A stretch of 64,000 bases of DNA from Octopus bimaculoides (lineage: Eukaryota): positions 70,700,191-70,764,190 of the forward strand of contig NC_068989.1 in NCBI RefSeq assembly GCF_001194135.2, given 5' to 3'. Below, one piece after another: positions 1 to 13,505 of the stretch. The translations under genes were made by a program, and so were the position numbers. Below the pieces are notes generated by a model. That model worked only from the letters and a program-made list of their open reading frames with translations, was not told the DNA's origin and made no database searches. How positions within the stretch are numbered: position 1 is the stretch's first letter; every line of letters begins with the position of its first letter.

Positions 1-120
1 TCAAACATTAGCTTAATAATGACAGAAATTATTTTACAATGTACATTTTTCATCACTTTCATAATTAATTGAAAGAATAAAAAAAAAGTACTGGTTAATC
101 ACTTGACTGGGTAATGAGGG

Positions 121-345
121 TAATCCTTTCTAATTCTGGCACAAGGCCAGCAATTTTGAGGGGAGGGGTAAGTTGACTACATCGACCCCAGTACTCAACT
201 GGTACTTATTTTTATCAACCCAGAAAAGATAAAAGGCAAAGTTGACCTTGGTGGAATTTGAACTCAGAATGTAAAGAACTGGAAGAAATACTGTTATGCA
301 TGTTGTTCAATCAACATCCTAATGATTTTGTCAGCTCACCACCTT
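121..345 (-). mobile_element. SINE family B copy (tRNA-like head, gcctttcatcctttcggggtcgataaaataagtaccag core, (ATT)n tail)
   Basis: Reverse complement of the copies at 1519-2610. The core resembles the Meta/MESC-type SINE domain (recall, uncertain). Confidence 0.8.
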
Positions 346-364
346 TAACTTTTCAATGACAGGA

Positions 365-690
365 AAGAATTTCATGAATGTGTGTGCCAAATGAGAAAAA
401 ACCCCAAAATATCTTCATATTAAGCGTAATTTTTATATTTTCACTTTAAGTATAAAAACTACAATAATTGTTAGTCTCTCGTACAATAAAATTTACAATC
501 TCATTTATTGGAAAGTGCCGGCATGAGCTTAAATTCATTTGTTGTTATCAAACAAATTTTAAAAATTGGTGCCCTCTTTCCATCCATCCAGAACTACTTA
601 AGGCATCATTTCCTTCTGTGTTATCTAGAACATCATCATCATAGTTATCATCTACCTCATCTGATGATGAAGCAAGTCAGAATACACTTT
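365..690 (-). pseudogene. Decayed piggyBac-family transposase N-terminal fragment
   Basis: Minus-strand segments SSSDEVDDNYDDDVLDNTEG..W (acidic leader), HFPINEIVNFIVRETNNYC (cf. FFxDEIxxxIVxETNxYA) and ITLNMKIFWGFFSFG (cf. TxxEMKAFLGLxxLMG) occur in the expected order, with stops and frameshifts. Confidence 0.6.
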
Positions 691-1518
691 ATTGTGGTAT
701 AAATCTTCCATTTGTAACAATTTGTCTTGTCAGTAAAGGCCACTTACATTTAAACACATTTGACAAAGTACATACCCAGGTATCAGTTGATGGCTATATC
801 CATGTAAAATTTTTGAAACATCAATTGATGATGTTCACCATTTAAGTGTTGATGATGATAATAATAATAATAAAGATGAAATTTTTGCTTTCTTTAAATT
901 TACAATTCTTTTTATAAAGTAAATAAACTAAAAATCTATTTCTCAACACCAGAAAAATATCAAATTCCAAATTAAATAAAATGTAAAATTTTTTCCCCAA
1001 AATTCTTGTACGATATCAAAATTTGCAACACTAGCCAAACCCCGATAAACAGATATGAAAATCACCACCAGCACCACCATCAATACTTGATTTAATGTTT
1101 GTTTTTACATGCCAGTGGTATGGATTTGATAGGGGTGCAGTACAACAACAAACAAACAAACAGTTCTTTATTCATCTTCATACTTTGACATTTTAGTTGC
1201 GGTTTTATTCTAGGTTTGATCCAACCCAAGTTCTCCCCACATTGTTTTTTTTTTCTTTTATGTTATTCTTGACTGCAGCAATTGATGCTTTTCCCCTCCT
1301 CATTCATTCCCCCCCTACTACCACCACCTGCATGTACCATTCATGCCATCATAGTCTCTCAATACTATTTTATGAATCAGATTAATGAAAGTGAATAAGT
1401 TATAAATGCCAGTATCTTGCTTCACATAAACATGCATGTGTGAAGTGAATGCCAGAGTAAGAGACAGGAAGGAAAACCAGGAAATGATGAACCAGTATCA
1501 TTATTATTATTATTATTA

Positions 1519-2610
1519 AGGCAGCAGGCTGACAGGACCATTATCGCATCAGACAAAATGCTTAGCGGTATTTCTTCTGGCTCTTTATATTCTGAATACA
1601 AATTCCACTGAGATTGATAATGCTTTTCATCCACTCAGGGTTGATAAAATAAGTACCAGTTGAGTACTGGAGACAATGTACTTACCTAGTTCCCTCCCAC
1701 AAAATTTCAGGCCTTGTGCACCTCAGTAGAAAGGATTGTTGTTGTTGTTGTTATTATTATCTTCTTTCAATTTTGTTTCCATTTCCTGCTGAGTGTCTTC
1801 CCTATACCTGGGGCAAACAAACTTACAATCTACATTGATAGGTCATTAAACTAAACACACCAGGTTGTTCATTTTCAAAATGAAATGAAGTTAAGTGAAC
1901 AAATATTATTGTTGTTGCTGTTATTATTATTAAGACAGCAAGCTGGCAAAATCATTATTGCATCAGATAAAAATGTTTAAGATGCTTAGTGGCATTTCTT
2001 CTGGCTTTTTACATTCTGAATTCAAATTCCAACAAGATTGATTTTGCCTTAAATCCTTTCAGGGTCAATAAAGTGCCAGTTAAGCACTAAGGTCACTATA
2101 AACCCCTAACCCTCTCCTGACATTTCAGGCCTTGTGCCTCTAGTAGAAATGATTATTATCATTATTACTATTATTATTATTATATTTACTTCTCAGAGCT
2201 CTCGATCTTGCTCCAGTTAATTCTGTGAGAGCAGAAAGCAATCTGCTCTCAAGGGTCTCTTTCCAGGAATTATAAGACTTGGTACCTAAATGATAAGTAT
2301 TATGGAAAATACTTAACACTCAAGTACCTATCTCAAAATCCTCACTGTACCCAATAAAGCAAATTTTTGAGCATGCTCTACCTATTAGTATTATTTTTAT
2401 AATGAGCTGGTAGAGTTGTTAGCATGCCAGGTAAATTGCTTAACAGCATTCATCCATCTTTACATACTGAGTTCAAATTCGACTGAGGTTGACTTTGCCT
2501 TTCATCCTTTCAGGGTTGATGAAATAAGTACCAGTTACATACTGGGGTTGATGTAATTGACTAGCCTCAGCTCCTTGTGCCTATAGTAGAAAGGTTTATT
2601 ATTATCATTA
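1519..2610 (+). mobile_element. Three SINE family B copies (1519-1760, 1932-2180, 2403-2610)
   Basis: Repeated ggcgagctggcagaa...gagttcaaatt...gcctttcatcc...ggccttgtgcct..agtagaaagg(att)n units. Confidence 0.85.
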
Positions 2611-2809
2611 TAGATTAAGCAATAGATGACTGGTCATCTTTATCCAGAATATCAATAAGTTGGTTAACTTGATATGGACTAATCCTAACACTGACATTGG
2701 CAAAATGGTAGAACACCATATTAAATGCCTTATTAACTTTAATCATTATGGAATTTCTGCTGCAATAAAGTCTTTGATTCAATAAATTTGGAAAATAATG
2801 AACAATTTA

Positions 2810-3210
2810 GGAGTGGCTGTGTGGTAAGTAGCTTGCTTACCAACCACATGGTTCCGGGTTCAGTCCCACTGTGTGGCATCTTGGGCAAGTGTCTTCTGCT
2901 ATAGCCTCGGGCTGACCAAAGCCTTGTGAGTGGATTTGGTAGATGGAAACTGAAAGAAGCCTGTCGTATATGTGTATTTATATATTTATGTGTTTGTGTG
3001 TCTGTGTTTGTCCCCCCTGGCATTGCTTGACAACCGATGCTGGTGTGTTTACGTCCCCGTCGCTTAGCAGTTCGGCAAAAGAGACCGATAGAATAGGTAC
3101 TAGGCTTACAAAGAATAAGTCCTGGGGTCAATTTGCTCTACTAAAGGCGGTGCTCCAGCATGGCCGCAGTCAAATGACTGAAACAAGTAAAAGAGTAAAA
3201 GAGTAAAGAG
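2810..3210 (+). mobile_element. SINE family A, full-length example (tRNA-like head, CORE-like segment, internal microsatellite, aaagagt tail)
   Basis: A box tggctgtgtgg, B box ggttcagtccc, then cttgggcaagtgtctt (CORE-like). Further copies lie near 6180, 12797, 18005, 23340, 23706, 27260, 30775, 40160, 43825 (+) and 4430, 7960, 9140, 46185, 53470, 53625 (-). Confidence 0.85.
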
Positions 3211-3652
3211 TTATTAAAATGTTAATATGGTTGTTTGGAACATAAACTAACATGAAATTTTAATGTAGATCACTTTAAAACCGGAAGTGTGTACCATATG
3301 ACCAGGGGTAGTCTTAGGCAGGTTGGTATGAAAAGGGCTGATAAGTTAATTTTGTCCCTGCTATGTTCTGTGTTCAAATCCCAGCGGAATTGATAATGGT
3401 ATTCATCCATTTTGAGACTGAGAAGAGGCAGTATTCTCTTGGGATCAAGGCACTGGACAACAATTGTCTTCGCCAAAGTTTGTCTTTTATTGAAAACGAG
3501 TCAATATTCCAAATACGTTTGAACAATTCCTCGCATTCACTTAATGAAAGAGATCACACAGATTCTTCAATATTAACACATAAATACTCAGACATTCATT
3601 GTTCAATGTCTACATGCATGCTTGATACTGCCCCCTTCTCTCTCTCTCTCTC

Positions 3653-3683
<31 letters not shown>

Positions 3684-3693
3684 NNNNNNNNNN

Positions 3694-3756
<63 letters not shown>

Positions 3757-4651
3757 GAGAAAGAGACACACGTACACAATGCTCAAACCTTTCTCTCTCT
3801 CTCTTATGTGTGTGTGTATAAATATAGGTATGTATATACAAACACACATATGCATATATACATATATACGCTTACTACTCAATCCTATCCATATATAAAC
3901 TCACACTTTTCTATTTCACCACCACTACTACTACTACATCACTGCAATTGCTCACTCACACATGCTACATGAGACTTCAGTTTCTGGTAACAATTTCCAG
4001 ATAAAGCCTTTGGAGCAGTTTCATGTCAGCCATATTTAATAAACCAAACCTATTACTCCATTATTAAATATATCACCATATATATGTACGTATGTACATA
4101 TGTAAATAAAAGCAATTCAATTCATGTTCAGCGAAGTCTGCTGTTGTCAACTGAAAGGCAGAAGTTTGCTCACTTGCCATTCCTTATCTACCAAACATTC
4201 TGCTGACATCAGAATCACACATTCTGTGCATTTTTAAAAGTTAATGTACCTTGTGTTTGTGTGTGTGTGTGTATGTGAAGGAACCTAGACAGTGAGTACC
4301 AAGAAAGGAAGGTAAAGAAGAACTAGAAATGAAGTTATGAAAGACAGTATAAGCCATTTAGTGGCTCTTGGAAGCATGGACAGAGCTGGACGAGTCTGAG
4401 GAAACTGGGAAACAACTTCCTATGGCACTAATATCTCTTATCCTTGTTTTAGTCACTGGACAGCGGCCATGCTGGGGCACTGCTTTGACGGGTTTAACTG
4501 AAACAAATCAAGCTTGATATTTTTTTTCTTTTAAAGTCATGCACTTGGTCTATCATTCTCATTTTCTGAACCACTAAGTAATGGGGATGTAAACAAACCA
4601 ACACTGTCAAGTGGGTGGTGGGGATAAACACAAAGATATGTATACACAAGA

Positions 4652-4860
4652 AACTTCAACTCTGACTCCTGTACTATTGGCATCTCCAACTCCGACTCCT
4701 CTATGTAATTAAGTGATTGTGGTCTACATATCTCATAAAGCATATGCATACACTTGTACTTTGAGTAGGCCCTCTATGTTATAACTGGTTTATATTAAAG
4801 AATAAAGATATTGTGAGTCAGAGTCGGTATAGTTTTACCGACTCTGACTCCACAATCCTG
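4652..4860. mobile_element. End of a TIR DNA element with (ccgact)n motifs and a 20-bp hairpin
   Basis: tctgactcc/tccgactcc motifs, and attgtgagtcagagtcggta-tagttt-taccgactctgactccacaat at 4810-4856, ending in cctg. Confidence 0.5.
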
Positions 4861-6325
4861 AAAAATAATAATTCCTTCATCCTTTTGTACCATCACTGCC
4901 TTTTTGATGAGAAATATTTAAGATAATTTAATAAAAATATTTAATGAAATTGATTAAGAACAATAAAAATTCAGTCATATATTGACATAGAACATATAAT
5001 GTGAAATGTGTGCTTGCTGAATACTGGTTATTGCATTGATGCAGTCTTCCACACATACAGGCTTCCTTTCAGGTACTGGTGCCACTTAANNNNNNNNNNC
5101 CCATGCTGGTGGCACATAAAAAGCACCCAGCACACTCTTATGTAGTTGGTGTTAGGAAGGACATTCAGCTGTAGAAATCATGCCTCAACAGATAAAAGTT
5201 TGGACAGCTCCCTGGTTGGTCAGCTTCATGTCAAACTGTCCAATCTATGCCAACATGGAAAGCAGATATTAAATGATGATTTGGCTGGAAATGAGTGAAT
5301 TTTAGCTTTAAATTACCCAAGCTCTTTCAGTTCAGTTTGCTAATAATTTTGAATCCTTCATGGTCAGAATCACTTCAGATGTTTATCAACCCTTGGTAAG
5401 CCACATAGACCTTGATTCCCCCACTTTCCCAATCCCTGATCTAAACATATGTTATTGTTACCTACTTCATTTGTCATCTCAGTGCATTTAAAAGTCATTT
5501 CATTTCCTAGTAACAGTAACTAAATTTCCCTCAAACCACACAATCTACCACCACCACCTCGAAAAATAAAAAAGAAAAGGACACAGTGGATAATGATATC
5601 TGAGCATACATTATTCTAGAACAAAAAGACAATACAGTCATGGCTAGAATGAATTTTGATCATTTGCTATATATGCTCTTCTCTCCAAAGGCTAGCCTGG
5701 GACTAAACAACAACCAAAAGGACGGGAAAAAATTAGTTGCAGCCAAATCTCCATATGGGTGTTTTTCTTTTTTGTTTTCTCCATGGTTATTATGGTTGGA
5801 ATGATTTGGAATATTTTGAGAGTATAGAGGGATTGATTTCTCTTGGGAATGGCACATGCAGATGTCTAAACACTGAAAAGAAATTCATGTCTGCAAAACA
5901 CAGGAGAATGCATACACAAATATCCACCATAAGTTTGGTCCTGAGAGATGAATTCTTTGATATAGAGGAATATATTCCAAGCTGGAATTAAATTATAAAA
6001 AGAAAGTAGGGCAAACATCAAAAGCTGAAGAATTCATAGCAGACGAGTCCTCTATAGTTGAGATCTATGCACATTTGAGGCATACTGCTTGCCATTAACC
6101 CTTTTGCATATTGACCCATACAAAAATGCCCCTTGTTCTTTAAATGCAAAACTACTCCTTTTAACATGTTTATATCTATGGCTGTGTGGTAGGAAGTTTC
6201 CTTCCCAACCACATGATTCCGGGTTCAGTCCTACTGTGTGACAACTTGGACAAGTGTCTTTTATAACCTTGGGCCTACCAAAGCCTTTTGAATCAGTTAG
6301 GTAGATGGAAACTGAAAGATGCTTG

Positions 6326-6379
<54 letters not shown>

Positions 6380-6715
6380 ACCCCTTGACAACCAGTGTTA
6401 GTGTATACAAATATAAACAAACCAACATTTGTTTTTTATAAGCGTTGAAATGTGTATTTTAAGGTACAAATAAGATGATAATTTATTTTCAAACACAGAA
6501 ATGCTGTTAGAACAGCAGAAATATTGGGGGATGTGTTTATGCCCCAGTAACTTAACAGTCCAGCAGAAGAGATTAATCAAACAAGCACCAGGCTTTTAAA
6601 AAAATAAGTATGGATTCAATTCTTTCAGTTAAAATTCAAGGTGGTGCCCCAGCATGGCCACAATCTAATAATGACTGAAACAAATAGAAGAAAACTTTTC
6701 ATTATATAATATTGC

Positions 6716-7130
6716 TAACACTTTTGTTGCCATATTTCTGTTGCAATAAATTGCCTTTGTTTCAATTAATCTTGAAAATGATGAAGAATTTAGTAACGTA
6801 ACTGTCATTATTAAAACCCTTTTGTTGGTGTATTCCTAGTGAAATAAACCGCCTTTGTTTAAATTAGTTTTGAAAATAATCAAGAAGTTAGTAAAATAGT
6901 TGTCATTTTTAACTCATTTTGTTCCATGACTGTTAAAACACAAAACATTTATTTCAATTAATTTTGAAAATGAGGAATTCAGTAAAATAACTGTTGTTAT
7001 TAAGCTGGTATTTGGAAAATAAACTGACATGAAATTTTGATGGAAAATTTTAATTTAGATAACTTTAAGACAAAAAGTTTGTCCTATAGAACCAAATGTA
7101 GTCTCAGGCAAGTTGGTACCAGAGTGGTTA
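6716..7130. mobile_element. piggyBac-type MITE family E2 with a triplicated left ~95 bp
   Basis: Three successive (taac)ccttttgtt...ttttgaaaat..gaagaatttagtaaaataac segments, the last running to gtggttaa. Other E2 pieces lie near 3215, 8300, 16790, 30180, 49538 and 62128. Confidence 0.75.
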
Positions 7131-9246
7131 AAACCATTTTGCTAAATTACTGTCATGTTCCATAAAACCAACTTAATCATAAGGGGTTAATTATTTTATT
7201 AAATGCTTCAGAAGGTTTTGATAAATTATTTATCCCCACCCTTGGGTTAGGAGCACATAGTTGATTGAATTGCTCTTAGTTCAGATATCAGTGAAAGTGG
7301 TTAATTCAACACTAATAAGAGGCTAAGAACTTTGAGTACTGAATCTGGTGCCACAAAGTAAGTATCAAGACCATTACTGAACTTTCTATAAAGATAGGGA
7401 TTTCTAAGTCCAAGGCCATGGAAGATTTTTTTTTTTTTTTTTTTTAAATTTCAGAACCTGTTTTAAAGGGAGAGGGACACTACAGTTGATTACACTGATT
7501 AGTCCTTCATTTTAGCAACTTCAGAACAATGGAAAAGTCAAATGCACTAGGATTTGCACTCAGAATGCAGCTAAAGAAGGCATAATAGTTTGTCTAGTTC
7601 TCTTCCAATTTCACCATCTGTTGTCCACACATTTAGTATAGCAACATCATCATCATCGTTTAACGTCCGCTTTCCATGCTAGCATGGGTTGGACGATTTG
7701 ACTGAGGACTGATCAGCTATTTTATGCAGATGCCTATGTAAGTGCACATGCGTGCGCACACACACGTGACAGGCTTGTTGAAGGAGATTTTATCCAGCCA
7801 AATGCCCTTTCCGTTATCAAACCTCACCTGCTTCTAAGCTAGTAACATTTTACCAGGGAGGACTAGAAACCAACGATATCACTTGTATGATGGTGATGTT
7901 AGTTTACAACCATCACATATATACATACGTGTATAAACACACACACACACACACTCTCTCTCTCTTGGTGGGCTTCTTTCAGTTTCCATCTACCAAATCC
8001 ACTCAAGGTTTTGACCGGTTCAAGGCTATAAAAGACCCCCACCCAACTTCCCAAGGTGCCATGCAGTGGGACTGAACCCAAGAAACACATGGTTGGGAAG
8101 CACTACAATGTCAAATGGAAACATTAATGGCGTTAGGAAGGGCATCCAGTTGTACATACCATGCCACAAAAGACAGCTGTCGAAAAGTCCAACCCATGCC
8201 AGCTTGGAGACTGAATGTTAAACAATGATGATGATGACTTATGACCGTCTTCAATATCTTTAAGTTCTGTTTTCCCCTTTTGATATAAACCCATCTACCT
8301 CAGACCATTCCTGGTTCTCGGATACAAACTTCCTGCTTCAAAATGAACTAAATTAAAACCTCCCATTAAAATTTCATGCTAATATATGTTCCAAACACCA
8401 GCTTAATAACGACAGACTTATTTTACTTAAATTATTCATTATTTTTAAAAATTAACTGATACAAAGCCAACTTATCTCAACAGATGTTAATGAAAGGGTT
8501 AATAATGACAAATATATCTTACTCAATTATTCAATATTTTCAAAATTAATTGAAACAAAAGCAGTGCATTTCAATAGAAATGCAGTAATTGAAGGGCTAA
8601 GATGAACTTTGTCACATCAGATGATTAAAGAACAAAAGATAAAACAAAAGATATTCTTATTNNNNNNNNNNNNNNNNNNNNNNNNNNNNNNNNNNNNNNN
8701 NNNNNNNNNNNNNNNNNNNNNNNNNNNNNNNNNNNNNNNNNNNNNNNNNNNNNNNNNNNNNNNNNNNNNNNNNNNNNNNNNNNNNNNNNNNNNNNNNNNN
8801 NNNNNNNNNNNNNNNNNNNNNNNNNNNNNNNNNNNNNNNNNNNNNNNNNNNNNNNNNNNNNNNNNNNNNNNNNNNNNNNNNNNNNNNNNNNNNNNNNNNN
8901 NNNNNNNNNNNNNNNNNNNNNNNNNNNNNNNNNNNNNNNNNNNNNNNNNNNNNNNNNNNNNNNNNNNNNNNNNNNNNNNNNNNNNNNNNNNNNNNNNNNN
9001 NNNNNNNNNNNNNNNNNNNNNNNNNNNNNNNNNNNNNNNNNNNNNNNNNNNNNNNNNNNNNNNNNNNNNNNNNNNNNNNNNNNNNNNNNNNNNNNNNNNN
9101 NNNNNNNNNNNNNATATATATATATATATATATATATATATAACGGGCTTCTTTCAGTTTCTGTCTATCAAATCCACTCACAAGGCTTTGGTTGGCCCAA
9201 GGCTATAGTAGAAGACACTTGCCCAAGGTGTCACGCAGTGGGACTG

Positions 9247-9571
9247 AACCCAGGGATTACTATGTTTGGGTTACAGTAGAGAAAGACATCAACTGCTCTG
9301 CCTGCAACACCAAGGCCAAGCTAGTGACCATGATTAAGGAGATGTTCAAAGATCTTCTCAGGGACACAGTGACAAATACATGTGCCAGGTTCTGGAGGTA
9401 TCTTTAGGCCAGAGTAGAAGCTGAGGGTGGCTACTTTGAGTAAACTGTCCTCTCCCAGCCATAATCTAGTTGATATTTTTGGATTTTTTTAGAAATACTC
9501 TTATTTTTGGATGGGATAGTGCGCTTTCTTATCCTTTCATGCAAACTGTCAAATTTAGCCTGAACACCTTG
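9247..9571 (+). mobile_element. 3' end of a Tc1/mariner (DD37D/maT-like) transposon: transposase C-terminus plus right TIR
   Basis: DYYVWVTVEKDINCSACNTKAKLVTMIKEMF...ARFWRYL*ARVEAEGGYFE* matches the C-terminal DYxVW...EAEGGYxE pattern. It ends in ctgtcaaatttagcctgaacaccttg followed by TA (9572-9573). Confidence 0.8.
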
Positions 9572-11203
9572 TATTTAATGCTTTAATTAATATATTTAAG
9601 ATTTAAAATTTCACGCCTTCAATATTCAAGTTTATTGTTAGCTAAGAGAACATTTACAGATACGTATACATGGCCATATATGCTTGTATATACACACACA
9701 CACATGAACATAAACAGGCATAATGGATACAATAGAAACAAAGTTTTGGTATGTCTGTCTTGCTAATAATGACATACTACAGATCCTGCAATTTATTCCA
9801 TTTCTAAGAAATTCTGCTCGTCTCTGACATAACTAATGTGCATTCTATCCATATAGGAGACCATTATTGCTTCACATCAAAAGACATGACAGTTACAGAA
9901 ACAAATGAATTTATGAGATTAATATTTAAGATGACAGAAATTATGATGATGATGATGATGATGGCGACGATGGGGAGAAATGGCTGAAGTTATGGAAGGC
10001 TAGATTAGTTATTATCTATTTGTCATCTTTATCTATTATTTGTTTCTATCCTTGGTCTGCAGCCCTACTAGACACCTTTAAGGGTTTCAGACAATTATAT
10101 GAACCCACTCTCAACCCCCCCACCCCCACCACCAGCTCTTTGGTGTCTGTTTCAATGATTTTGCAAGAGAATAGACAGCTAAGCTGACCTTGGTGTAAAG
10201 GGATGCAACTCAAATAGCATTGTTGTTCAAGGCATCAATTGTGTTCCTTACACACCAATACAGAAAGACATATTCTTACATACATTACATACACACACAC
10301 ACATATGCATGCATGCACATATACATACATGCAGTTTCAAATTTCACTCAAAGTTTTGTTTCTTTGGTCTGATGCTGAGCAATGGAATTGAACTCGAAAC
10401 ATTGTGAAGTGAATGTCTTAACCATACACCCGCATCTTTATTTGTGTGTGTGTGTGTGTGTGCACACATGTAAGTACAAGTGTGTGTATGTGTATATGTG
10501 TGTTTAGTATAAGCACATGAAGCAATGAGGATCAAAATAATGATGTGCACCAACATTTTCCACATGTTCCTGCTCACTAGAACATAATCATCCCAAAAAC
10601 ACTGTCTGGTCGTTGTCTAGTGGCAGCACTCAGAACATGGTACATTTCAATACAAAGTTTACAGGAATAATAAATTTGTTCTCTGAGACCAAAAACCAGC
10701 AGTAAATGCCATTAGGAGGAGGTCATCATCAGCAGTAGCAAACATCCATTTTCCATGCTGGCATGGGTTGGAAGGTTTGATAGGAGTTGGCTAACCAGAG
10801 GACTGTGTCAAACTCTTCTGTCTGCTTTGGCATGATTTCAATGGCTGGATGCACTTCCCAATGACAATCACTTTACACAGTATACTTGATGCTTTTTCAC
10901 ATGATACAAGTACCAGCAAGGTCACCAAGTAATATGCAAGACAAAGACCATCCTCTCAACTGAGGGCAGAGCAAATATTGAGAATGGTGGCTTTGTGCCA
11001 GGCAATGAAAGGTTAAGCTTTGACAGAGGGACAAAAACAGGTGTTATGCTGAAGAGGAGATACCCCAGTCAGAGGAGAGAGAGAGAATGAGAGAGAGAGA
11101 TATGCCAGGGCATACCCTCAAGGTACAATGAGGTGAATGTAAGTGGAGTGGTACAGAGAATTGGACAGGGTGAGTGAGCAGGGAGTTGATGAGAGGGTAA
11201 GAG

Positions 11204-11546
11204 GAGAGAGGAGGGGAAGGGGAGAGAGGAGGGNNNNNNNNNNNNNNNNNNNNNNNNNNNNNNNNNNNNNNNNNNNNNNNNNNNNNNNNNNNNNNNNNNN
11301 NNNNNNNNNNNNNNNNNNNNNNNNNNNNNNNNNNNNNNNNNNNNNNNNNNNNNNNNNNNNNNNNNNNNNNNNNNNNNNNNNNNNNNNNNNNNNNNNNNNN
11401 NNNNNNNNNNNNNNNNNNNNNNNNNNNNNNNNNNNNNNNNNNNNNNNNNNNNNNNNNNNNNNNNNNNNNNNNNNNNNNNNNNNNNNNNNNNNNNNNNNNN
11501 NNAAGGGGAGAGAGGAGGGGAAGGGGAGAGAGGAGGGGAAGGGGAG
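11204..11546. repeat. Purine-rich ~18-bp minisatellite (ggggagagaggaggggaa) spanning a gap
   Basis: The same unit appears on both sides of the N run. Confidence 0.75.
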
Positions 11547-12135
11547 TACAGTACATATTACATATAGCATGGACATTCCATGTTCAAGGACAACGATGAT
11601 GATGATAATATATCATCGTTTTAACATCCACTTTCCCATGTCGATGGGAAGAGAACTGCTTAACCACACAGCCATGCCTGTGTCCCTTGAATAAAAAGTC
11701 GGTTTCTATGTGATCTGCTAATGTAGGACTTGCTAAAGGGATTTTGTGTTCTGTTCACTGCTCTCAACAACAACAGTAAACCCTTAACATTCTATATGGC
11801 AATCCCTAACAATTGGAAAAACATAAAAACAAAACACCGACTTATTTTCACGTTTACTTGTTTATATTATTAAATGTTATAAACATCCAACTGGAATAAT
11901 GGTGGGAAGTAGAAGAAATACCTTCTTTGTTTTGGTCTGAAATAATTAGCACCTTGTAAGCAAACATGGAGAAAATGAAGGTTGTTGATTTGAATTTAGC
12001 CAGGGATTGTATGTTTTAATAACAAAGATACAAGTGTGTGTGTGTGTGTGATACATGGTTACTTGTGCAATACAAGTAATCACGTATCTCCTCTACAACA
12101 AGAAATTTGTTCTAATTTCTCCTTTCATACTCTAA

Positions 12136-12505
12136 CCCTTTAGCATTTAAACCAGCCAAATTTGATCTCTCACACCTACCCTGCAATGTCATTTTAACAA
12201 TAAACAACCACGTCATCGAAATCTTGAAGCAATGAGATAGAGCACAATTAATTCAAAATCATGTGGATAAAGAAGCATTATGTTAACCCTTTAGCAATTA
12301 AACCAGCCATATCCAGCCAAAATATTCTACCTGTTTTAAGTTAAAAACTGACCAGATCCAACTTCTCATACCTACCCCACAATATCATTATAAAAACATA
12401 TAGTCACATCCTTGAAATCTTGAAACTACAAGATGCCTGATTAATTCAAAACAATGTGAATAAATTAAGTAATAAATTGAAGAAAGAAATTTGAATGCTA
12501 AAGAG
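12136..12505. mobile_element. piggyBac-type MITE E1 inserted into another E1 copy
   Basis: An outer copy starts at 12136; a complete inner copy at 12287-12505 is bounded by TTAA on both sides. Confidence 0.75.
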
Positions 12506-12796
12506 TTAAATTTACATCAACTTATCATAAAGTTGACCCTCTCTCCACTATACTACAACTCACTTGAAGGAGATCTTAGTCTTGTGAGTTAAATGGCAAC
12601 ACTGCTTGTGCTGGTACCATGACAAAAAACATTCAGAACATTCTACGAAGTGGTTGGCGTTAGAAAGGATACTCAGCCACAGAATCCATGCCAAGGCAGA
12701 CACTGGGGTAATGACAGAATCTGCAGATACGTTGGATCTGGTTCAAACTAGTCAACCCATATCAACATGGAAGACTAGTGTTAAAAGATGATTGCC

Positions 12797-13170
12797 TAGC
12801 TGTGTGGTAAGAAATATTGCTTCTCAACCATATAGTTCTGGGTTCAGTCTCATTGCATGGCAACTTGAGCAAGTGTCTTCTACTATAGCCCTGGTCAATC
12901 AAAGCCTTGTGCATGGATTTGGTCAATGGAAACTGAAATAAACCTCTGTGTGTGTGTGTGTGTGTAGTGTGTGCATCTGTCACTACTACTTCTTGACAAC
13001 TGGTGTTCTTTTGATTACATCCATGTAACTTAGCAGCAATTCGGCAAAAAGAGACCAATAAAATAAGTAGCAGACTTTAAAAATAAGTTCTGAGGCCATT
13101 TTGTTTGATTAAAATCCTTCAAGGTTGTTCCTCCGGCATGGCAACAGTCTAATGTTGAAACAAGTAAAAG
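12797..13170 (+). mobile_element. SINE family A copy
   Basis: Same head, CORE-like segment, (GT)n and tail as 2810-3210. Confidence 0.8.
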
Positions 13171-13388
13171 ATATATATATAAACATAGTAATAGAGACTT
13201 CACAAAGAGTTAGAATCCAGTAGTAACAGAGACACACAAGCAGATACATATGCATATAAAAGATATGAAGCAAAGGCAAACAAGCAGACAAGATATAAAA
13301 CGGAAGGAGACAGAAACACACATACAAACAAAAATGAAGAACAGTCATGTGTATGTGGGGGGTGGGGTGATGTGAAGAGAGGGCGAAG

Positions 13389-13505
<117 letters not shown>

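Noticed and set aside
3363-3600. Open frames on both strands in unique sequence
   Set aside because: No recognisable motif or matched splice-site pair.
5336-5395. Plus-strand 60-nt exon candidate FANNFESFMVRITSDVYQPL
   Set aside because: Splice sites are plausible, but there is no homology and no partner exons.
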